Virus record (IMG/VR): IMGVR_UViG_3300017971_004694
From: a virus
Length of the DNA: 64,000 nt
Reading direction: 5' to 3' (one strand)
The notes under the pieces were generated by a model. That model saw nothing but the letters and a program-made list of their open reading frames with translations, did no database searches and was not told where the DNA came from. Each line of letters starts with the position of its first letter. Positions within the stretch are counted from its first letter, which is position 1. The translations under genes and the position numbers were made by a program. Of the stretch, positions 58,701 to 64,000 are shown piece by piece.

Positions 58701-61700
58701 ACAACAAACCATCTTTTTCAATAGGGAGCCCCGTCCAAATACCCTTGGAACGGCGGACACTGCCCATAATCTCTGGCCAACCAGTAACTTCTCTTCCTTT
58801 CATAACGCCTGCCTCGGCAGCAAGAAGTGGGGCGTGGCAAATCATAGCGACGGGTTTCTTCTGACGCACGAATTTCCTAAGGAGTTTCTGTGCTTTCTTA
58901 TCCTTGGAATATTTAACCATGCCCATGCCGCCAACTACAAAGAGGGCATCATAATCTCCAACATCAACACTAGCAACCTTTTTGCTTATATCTACGGCTG
59001 TGCCCCTATCTCCAGTGGCTTTCAGCCCAGATGAAGCAGTATCAACATCAAACTTAAACTTCTCTACAAATAGATTGAGCGGAGTGGTATATTCAATCTC
59101 ACAAAAATCTTCTGGAGAAAGTATCATTAAAATCTTTTTGGCTTTGGCCTCTTTTATTATTTCTCTTCTAGATAAAGCCATTTTATCATCCGCATCAAAA
59201 TAAGTGCCGATTTCGCCAAAATCCACTCCCTTGGTTGGGAAGAAAGGAATTGCTCCCGTGTCTAAGCCACCGGGCTCTTTATCAAGATTTTCTGGGAGCA
59301 TGGTGTATTTCTTTCCATATGATTGTGGGAACTGATCCGAATCATCCTGCTTTCCGCCCATTGGCCCTTTCACTTTGCCTTGGGTCTCTCCAATGGAACC
59401 GGGAACACGGATGCTGCCTTTATTATGGAGCGTAGAAATATCACTCCTCATGCCGTCGCCTTTTACGACGCCAGTCTTCACATCTGGCCAATCCTCATTA
59501 AGCTCGTTCAGAAGCGTTTTAAGCTCTGCTCTGAGCTTATCGATTCCAACCTCTTTGTCGAGCTTGAACTCTACGTGTAGCCCCGTTCCGCCACTCTGGA
59601 AGATGGTTGGCGTGGAACCATACTTGGCCTTCAGCTTTTTGGCGAGCGCCCTGGCATACTTCTTGGCTTGGTCTAATGAATATTTGCCGTGAATATCCAA
59701 ATCAACAAAGCCCAGGTTTGTCTTTGTTCCGAATACCTGGTGGAACGAAAGAATGCGCCTTTTGACCCAGTAGAAATAGTTGTTTGGGTTCTCGGAGTTT
59801 CCAGGGTCATCGTTGGTTATTTTGATTTCTTTTCCATCATGATTTCTCTTGAGTATTTTCTGGTTCTTGCCTATGCCAATATACACCAATACCGGCTTGT
59901 CTTTGATGCGAGACATGATTTTCTTACGGATTTCCGGCTTTTCATAATGGCTTTTAATCTGACCACGAGTAAGCTTGGTTCCTTCTTTGTCAATTAGCAC
60001 CTCAGACATTTTCTCCTGATCTTCATCGCCATCGTCATCCGCCATCTGAACGCCTTCATAAACATCAAATCTAATAACCATATAACGCTTATTAGTACCG
60101 AATCTTCTTTCAAGCGCCTTGGCTATACGCTTGCCAAAAGCCTTTTCTATGCGCTTGCTGCTCATCCTCTCTTTGGCAGTAATAAGCAGATCACAAACAT
60201 GCGCTCCGCCATAAGTGCGACACTTCACCACTTCTTCGACACTCACGGGAACGTCACTTGTGCGAATAGTCATCCTGCGCTTCCCGTTTTTAATCGCATC
60301 TACATATTGAGAAGGGAAATAAAGAGCACCTGGCTCGGCATAAATGGCAGCGTGTTTAGACAAAGTTAGGCTCGCCTCTCTTCTTTCTTCACCGCTCCAC
60401 TTTCCAGGGGCAAACTTATCCTTTAAAGTTTCCCAATTTTCCAATACAAAATTAGCTATTTCTCTGCTAAGATAATAACCAAACTCCTCATCTGTGATTT
60501 CTTTACCATATATTTGACTATACTCTTTGCGAGCCTGCTCTTTGAGAGCCGGGTTCATCTCAAACTCTTTTTCGGTCTTATGATATAGTTCACCAATCAC
60601 TTCTCGCTGAATAGGATTAATGACAATTTCCATCGTGTCTTCTTCCACAAACTCGTCTTCATCCTGCGCTCTTTTACTAAGTATCGAAAGCTCGCCTACC
60701 AGTCGTCTGGATGGAAATCCACCCATACCACGACCACCTGGAACACCCCTTAGCAACTCGCTTGCTATAGGAGCCAGGTCGGGTTGGGTTTGCATCAGCT
60801 TGGTAAGAACTTTCTTGAACCTGGAAGAATATAGATAATGTAGGTGTCCTGGTCCAAAAGGTTTTCTGCCATACAGGAATCTCTGCACACGACCAGGGCC
60901 GCTTCCATTGGATATGATGATTAACTGGTAGATATTGTAGGCGTTGGGCGCAGTAGTATCATAGCCAGACTTTTGCACATATCTGGTTGTAGCTCTAATC
61001 TTGTTCATAAAATCTTGTCTTGAAGTGTTTTCTATTAGATTGCCTACAGCCTTATCTTTTCTTATGTTTTTGGAGTTAAACTTACGCTTAAACTTGGCGA
61101 AGGAACTTGGGTTATTCTTCATCACGATGAGCCCTGCAAGCTTACTGCGTGCTACATTTCCCGTAATGTAAGTTGTGAATATTTTTTGCACCTCTCTTCT
61201 AACGGCAGGTGAGTCCGCGCCCAATTGCCTAAGAATCTCTGGCTTAAGTGTCTTGCCGACATACCTTCCATCCTTTTCCAACACAACCATGTTTGGGCTG
61301 TATCTTATGAAAGTTCCTTCTCTGCGCCTTACTCTGGATCTTGGGTTCTTTTCTAAGAAGGCTTTGATAATTCTTGGATTAATGTCTTGATAATCCCAAA
61401 TATTTTGCTTGCGAACCGCCTTCAAAGCCCTCTTCCAATCACTAGACATTTTCTTAAATTCGCTAGGAGAAATGCCAGTTGCGCTTTGAGCATTGGGCAT
61501 TCTAGAAAGCATCCCCATAAAATACGGACCATGAACCTGAGTTGGGCCAAAGGAAGTTCCAGAGTCTCCAATAACATGCGTTCTTCCACCCGATTCCAAC
61601 TGAGCCATGATTCTAAACATTTTTTCGCCATCGACACCGCCTATCGTCCCAAGCCTGCCCGGAGCATGCGTGATGCCCAGCATCTTTTCAAGCCTTCGTA

Positions 61701-62190
61701 TAATAGTATCTACATAAGAGGCAGTCTTAACAAGCATAGCTCTTTTGGATAGATGCTCTTTAAGCAATTCAATATCTCCCTGATCCTTTGGCCTGTTCAT
61801 TTTCTCCTTCCACTCTAATACATGTTCGGGCGCCCAATGTTTGAATCCAAGATGTTCTCTGGTAGTGACACCCTCGCTCATAAAATCTTTGTCTCCCACC
61901 ATCCAAGGCCCAGTAAATATTTCTATTTCTCCCACATCAGTTTGGAAAGACGCCCTGGGATTTCCTGGTCTTATTTCATCAACGACCGCATCGGGATGCT
62001 GCTCAATTTTCTTAAACTCATCTGGGTCCGCATGGACATCTAAATCATTAATGCTTTTTACACCCAAGGCCCCAAGAACGCCGCTTCCACCAATAGTGAT
62101 TTTGTTGATGTCTACTCCAACCTCATCGAGTATTTCCTTGAGGTTTCTAATGAACGCCTCGTGCTTTTCTTTTTCTGGATCTCTGGGCAA
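52783..62190 (-). CDS. 3135-aa polyprotein: NTase-like, SLT/lysozyme-like, ASCH, LigD-type AEP polymerase, DJ-1/PfpI, acidic linker, Cys-rich domain, LigD 3'-phosphoesterase, ParB/Srx-like, second NTase and ART-like domains
   Basis: GGSG..DLD; QLESGG..GD.GTSFGPTQV; DAIKNGKRRMTIR; VDLD/SGGTGLHV/RVPGS; EIE..GG.G..ICHAP; QRHKA...HFDLRLE...EDHP..Y; YPIL..IDGYHRL; SS...SDID; YH..FMTS..HEIL. The TTG start has no clear RBS. Confidence 0.75.
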   Translation of the reverse strand: MPRDPEKEKHEAFIRNLKEILDEVGVDINKITIGGSGVLGALGVKSINDLDVHADPDEFKKIEQHPDAVVDEIRPGNPRASFQTDVGEIEIFTGPWMVGDKDFMSEGVTTREHLGFKHWAPEHVLEWKEKMNRPKDQGDIELLKEHLSKRAMLVKTASYVDTIIRRLEKMLGITHAPGRLGTIGGVDGEKMFRIMAQLESGGRTHVIGDSGTSFGPTQVHGPYFMGMLSRMPNAQSATGISPSEFKKMSSDWKRALKAVRKQNIWDYQDINPRIIKAFLEKNPRSRVRRREGTFIRYSPNMVVLEKDGRYVGKTLKPEILRQLGADSPAVRREVQKIFTTYITGNVARSKLAGLIVMKNNPSSFAKFKRKFNSKNIRKDKAVGNLIENTSRQDFMNKIRATTRYVQKSGYDTTAPNAYNIYQLIIISNGSGPGRVQRFLYGRKPFGPGHLHYLYSSRFKKVLTKLMQTQPDLAPIASELLRGVPGGRGMGGFPSRRLVGELSILSKRAQDEDEFVEEDTMEIVINPIQREVIGELYHKTEKEFEMNPALKEQARKEYSQIYGKEITDEEFGYYLSREIANFVLENWETLKDKFAPGKWSGEERREASLTLSKHAAIYAEPGALYFPSQYVDAIKNGKRRMTIRTSDVPVSVEEVVKCRTYGGAHVCDLLITAKERMSSKRIEKAFGKRIAKALERRFGTNKRYMVIRFDVYEGVQMADDDGDEDQEKMSEVLIDKEGTKLTRGQIKSHYEKPEIRKKIMSRIKDKPVLVYIGIGKNQKILKRNHDGKEIKITNDDPGNSENPNNYFYWVKRRILSFHQVFGTKTNLGFVDLDIHGKYSLDQAKKYARALAKKLKAKYGSTPTIFQSGGTGLHVEFKLDKEVGIDKLRAELKTLLNELNEDWPDVKTGVVKGDGMRSDISTLHNKGSIRVPGSIGETQGKVKGPMGGKQDDSDQFPQSYGKKYTMLPENLDKEPGGLDTGAIPFFPTKGVDFGEIGTYFDADDKMALSRREIIKEAKAKKILMILSPEDFCEIEYTTPLNLFVEKFKFDVDTASSGLKATGDRGTAVDISKKVASVDVGDYDALFVVGGMGMVKYSKDKKAQKLLRKFVRQKKPVAMICHAPLLAAEAGVMKGREVTGWPEIMGSVRRSKGIWTGLPIEKDGLLFTAIGPDDSENFAWVFANFLNGAETLGPAKQKYEAWLKASEVLDRIEKFAAGLDEAEIERLKGEQRREREEEGFVEPTEPRPLPSEKAVEMFGEKMKPYGGTYEELEEEGVEPKPKREAPGKEELDEFLKWRKEKEEQGLLEGMKQPYQEFLKEKEEELAKLEEEEALPEELPKEEEEFLEEISEEEEDDEWEDVSEEPIPAPVPEEIKEKPPVVEEAPKPEPEPEPEPEPEPEEVAFEEEELEEVAIPEEEEEELEEEEEFTELEDLTPEEVAYLLGRERKAEREKEVVPPAVREITEKQKHTIKKLIDEYLARKANEEVKRIMTLDPEALTEYLNKSFIDMDDIEAADIEAEKGYNRMMNGFELYAAVPGKMAGELVELANPEKFEERWEEISKLMSEEEKEAKKEEEEDVVEEYSMEALEEEARHLAEAKPYFAPKLEVPVDEKGTATWKEPDPPPMSSEALDFFTPDKMEEGPKFRKLLNDPKAWEILKKEPHLLQSWILPYIVRSIGRMWFIRNSGRLNKQFGTFPDAPFGMFDDIDTKRARKLRNQELDFEEQPEAKPYIQKIIEKTTDLANEYFSEDRANVEPINMDKWIYKILDRQMVKEVAKDKGYTVSKNPVCSICKTLEKNSLPPKMQKTKKRTWACPDCAGRVEGLRNVELPRLDSKLTTMQREQEKANKLLRFFSKAKDTYTDPKDKESGERKIRDLNRLLTNLNEKISGLAQEKKDIERKMGIYSAQAAVPWSHTWCPNPTCPGGRVPLNSIDWNHHIWKTGRGQEIKAKLKRYYGLVPPMEEEITEQEAREEEAVPSPEGEGRTPPAWLDEVPFICPHDGVRFTIGRARKEQKVPAAGFLWGPHTRDMWGTVEKELRREEIPQEHREQNPHADLMVAFNEVAPIGQSCAVRQYYDYYDELSFLQEKIEEGEVKAPSAKRRAALLRKLFLLSATKDYAFDDPLHYVGWMARAMLEAEVKKNKGTGSSEMQNKLEERKKKINEKFKKQEVSIPLLQRWVDKMLSVENPYERFGLDEWLVSMKRDGISSDGPGTYFITKVEDGLKLPRKDAIPLGARFNLQGKEIRQRRKGTTPRLLRVLDIWNLDETDLEGLEPRQIGGLEAVPKWQAEKMVAGKEDDISGMKEHDYNGISLTTKTNQFTPGKYMLVRALVMPGKYDWMPIKAINELENNKIGADFWDKFHELVVLQKDNPEFWARFSKQIERTMKEYPYNIEDILDMELFKMKGRKKAQLRLAAKDPLSTYKKKREFEETPEPEGKEEGKNKHRFVIQRHKAERAGEHFDLRLENDQGAMSSWAIPKHKLPKGKEKLLAMKTEDHPISYMKFKGEIPKGEYGAGKVEVYDSGTYNEISWSGSKIVFKLKGKKEKGAYKVFKTDGNKWMIMEAKEDDLEKKAGQTYTDSDRAYSVDMLIEITADNKAENVPISTLEWNMKEKVWGDEVGPGKGAHSPEEVLENPKKYKDDTKRIKDADLKYPILVYKGEVIDGYHRLAKAVMQKKKTIKAVVATDKQMDAARIDEDRKKELFKKAAKYTKEEYEVLLKSARERRKMFRIMKREQERLKELGIDPVCVSSTAAGINIPGVSDIDFQVGTDDVERTSKMLTEAGIPFSNVKEGAYVEHTYETSEGISIDLKVRPKEHVEYQLKGLKRILDAPVEERHRQILEKHRALQEGDMERYKEVKLDLYKKHRLMPPDADWSKIGESEDMADDFLFAKGEFVKEAVRREGEYKILYHVGPRPPIPRPKTRWLPDPELWEKIDPEYAELGQHSWVRSRQTEEPISVGLFMTSNWRTVGPRHGIFGNVYTYKVPMKMIKEAGGLHKLEGVHEILFSEEIWNKYKKDIKFLGKIDQKTAGKILDRERPLRWDPLYIRPEQREPNVVKRWKNLLNVPDPDERIRFLKKEEISGMIESIEEEIERLKSRYEEAKKDKHPSAAGRRWALVYEFRENVPRYLNLKGKLQRLLAA

Positions 62191-62228
62191 ATCATCGGCG
62201 TCACTCTTTTTAGCTTCCTTGAACTTAT

Positions 62229-63206
62229 CTATGTTTTAGAATGAAACTCATGCATGGTTGCGTCCTTAGGGCTTTTGTCTTCCCTGAATCTCACAAACTT
62301 TTGGTGCCTAAGACCGCCAGGCTGTCGCTCTTGGAAACCTATCTCAATTACAAAAGGCCCTTTCTTGAGCTTACTTTTAATCTTCCCCTCGTCTTCTTTG
62401 GAGAAGTTGCTAATCTCGCTCATATGATAGAGCTTCCCTTTATAATATTGCCCATAGAGAGCCTTTAGCTTATCTTTTTCGCTCATCTCGTAATCAAATA
62501 CGACATAATCATCACTTTCGCTTTTACCAGCACCACCTTTATATTTATACATAATCTTAGGTGGCTTGGGCTCAGTTTCACCCTTGCTCTTATATTCATA
62601 TGGTTTATCTTTCAGCTTTAGCACAATACCTTCTCCGCCAGTGTTGACGGCTGTGTTCATGGCTTTCTGCCAATCTCCAAAGCTATAATTCTTAGTAAGT
62701 TTTACCTTATCACTCTCTTTCACAAGACTTTGTAGTGCCTTGCGGCGCTCTCCAAAGCCCTTGTCTGCTACTTTGTTGCCCTTGCTCCAAAGCACATCGT
62801 AGAGATGTATCTTCACGGAACCCGGAAGTTCCTTGGCCTTTTCAGCAGATTTTTCTGGCGAACTACCAGCTAAAGAAGTGACCTTGCCTACGTCTTGTTT
62901 ATTTTTATCCCAATATACCAACTCACCTTCAACGTGCGTTCCTTCAGGAAGAAAGCTAAGCGCCTCAACAAGCTCGGGGAAGTTTTCGGTTTTCTCATCA
63001 CCTCTGCGGCTATAAAGACGAACCTTTCCACCAGTTCTGATGATCTGAACTTTCCAGCCATCCAACTTCTCTTCTACCACAATATTTTCACGATTGAAAT
63101 CCTTTAGGAGTTCATCCACATCTTTAATCTCAGTGAGACGCATTAAGGACACTGGCCCAAGGCCATCTGGAGACGCTCGTAGAGATAAGGCAAGCTTGGT
63201 AGTCAT
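62229..63206 (-). CDS. lig: ATP-dependent DNA ligase (LigD/LigC-type adenylation plus OB domain)
   Basis: EEKLDG (motif I), VEGEL (III), LYDVL (IIIa), EGIVLK (IV), YKYK (V), LRHQKFVRFREDK (VI). Confidence 0.9.
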   Translation of the reverse strand: MTTKLALSLRASPDGLGPVSLMRLTEIKDVDELLKDFNRENIVVEEKLDGWKVQIIRTGGKVRLYSRRGDEKTENFPELVEALSFLPEGTHVEGELVYWDKNKQDVGKVTSLAGSSPEKSAEKAKELPGSVKIHLYDVLWSKGNKVADKGFGERRKALQSLVKESDKVKLTKNYSFGDWQKAMNTAVNTGGEGIVLKLKDKPYEYKSKGETEPKPPKIMYKYKGGAGKSESDDYVVFDYEMSEKDKLKALYGQYYKGKLYHMSEISNFSKEDEGKIKSKLKKGPFVIEIGFQERQPGGLRHQKFVRFREDKSPKDATMHEFHSKT

Positions 63207-63212
63207 GTTTAT

Positions 63213-64000
63213 TTACTCCTTAGCTTGTTTCATTATAGATATTAGCCTCAACATACGGGCCGTTCTTTCTGGGGCTTCAGGTGCTTCAGGCTTAACTTCA
63301 ACCTCTTCTCTAATATCTTCAGGCTTAACTGGCCTTAATCTTCTACCCTCGTAAGTTCTAATAAACCATTCGTTAAGCTTTTTGATAAAATCTTCATCTG
63401 TGATCAACTCGTGGTAAATGCCCTTGGGCTGTTTGACCAGAGCTATTCTACCAGCATATTGGCTTCCAGGCTTATATACAACCCATCTCCTACTCTTGAG
63501 TATGTCTTCCGCTGTGACTTCCTCTTTTGGTGCTTCTTCAGGCTTCGCTGCCTCTTCAGGCGGAGGCGGAGCCAGGCTTGGTTCTGGAATCTCTGATGGC
63601 GGCGGAACTTCAGGCTTGGCTTCTTCGGGTTTAGCCTCTTCCGGTTCTTTACCTTTAATCTTGGTAAGCTCGTCCACTTTCATCAAATATACCCATTTTG
63701 AATCTTGCAGGACAACCTGCCAGAGTGTTCCCTTACCAAATATTTTTGCAAACCCAACTGGGTATTTTCCTTCGTGTGGAATTACCTTAACCACATCATT
63801 TTCTGGGTCATCTTCTACAATGTGTCTGCCCAAGTATTTGTTAAACCTTTCCTTACTCACTCTTACTTGTCCAAGAGCGTCATTTTTCTCTACAGAGCTG
63901 ACTCGTGGATCTGGAGTATACCAACCCTTTTCTCTTTTCAGCCCTTCCTCTGGAGCAGAAACTTCTGGTTTGCCAGGCTCACTGACCTTTTCCTCTTCTA
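63213..64000 (-). CDS. 3' part of a larger Glu/Pro-rich internal-protein-like gene extending beyond the right edge
   Basis: The frame of ORF 63213..63860 stays open to the window edge (EEEKVSEPGKPEVSAPEE...); ends IMKQAKE. Confidence 0.65.
   Translation of the reverse strand, partial: EEEKVSEPGKPEVSAPEEGLKREKGWYTPDPRVSSVEKNDALGQVRVSKERFNKYLGRHIVEDDPENDVVKVIPHEGKYPVGFAKIFGKGTLWQVVLQDSKWVYLMKVDELTKIKGKEPEEAKPEEAKPEVPPPSEIPEPSLAPPPPEEAAKPEEAPKEEVTAEDILKSRRWVVYKPGSQYAGRIALVKQPKGIYHELITDEDFIKKLNEWFIRTYEGRRLRPVKPEDIREEVEVKPEAPEAPERTARMLRLISIMKQAKE

Noticed and set aside
550-63596. The many plus-strand ORFs of 60-370 aa in the ORF track (for example 57287..58408, 33123..33800, 2896..3477)
   Set aside because: They are antisense shadows of long minus-strand genes with low-complexity or biased composition and no RBS; only 8073..8573 looks real.
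1-64000. CRISPR array, tRNA or rRNA genes, integrase, IS or DGR elements
   Set aside because: No spaced direct repeats, cloverleaf patterns, recombinase or reverse transcriptase motifs were seen; all repeats found are intragenic coding repeats. A tRNAscan run would be needed to exclude tRNAs formally.

Overview
This window is part of the virion morphogenesis region of a large, uncultured tailed dsDNA phage with a contractile tail (jumbo-myovirus-like). Nearly every real gene is on the minus strand. In transcription order (right to left) it holds: (1) an ATP-dependent DNA ligase and a 3135-aa multi-enzyme polyprotein, which are probably one protein; (2) about 15 internal head proteins; (3) a prohead protease-scaffold gene split by a 1-nt frameshift; (4) an HK97-type major capsid protein and two decoration-like proteins; (5) fibre, beta-helix and neck genes; (6) a tail sheath with an in-frame TGA, two tail tube paralogues, a tail chaperone with an A AAA AAC -1 frameshift, a tape measure protein and the first baseplate genes. 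Four signals stand out. First, the ligase plus polyprotein carry all three LigD (NHEJ) modules (ligase, AEP polymerase, 3'-phosphoesterase) together with SLT-like, DJ-1/PfpI, ASCH, ParB/Srx-like, two nucleotidyltransferase and ART-like domains, and most domain boundaries carry a K-x-A motif. That motif also marks the capsid and internal proteins, which suggests a protease-processed repair and host-takeover kit packaged in the head and injected. Second, a D-G-Y tripeptide is strongly enriched in external virion proteins and almost absent from internal ones. Third, a helical A-x-x-L-[DE]-x-x-G motif is shared by the internal proteins. Fourth, a conserved 13-nt late-promoter-like motif occurs 8 times upstream of structural genes. 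All assignments come from reading motifs by eye; no database search was run. Four reading-frame lesions may be assembly errors.
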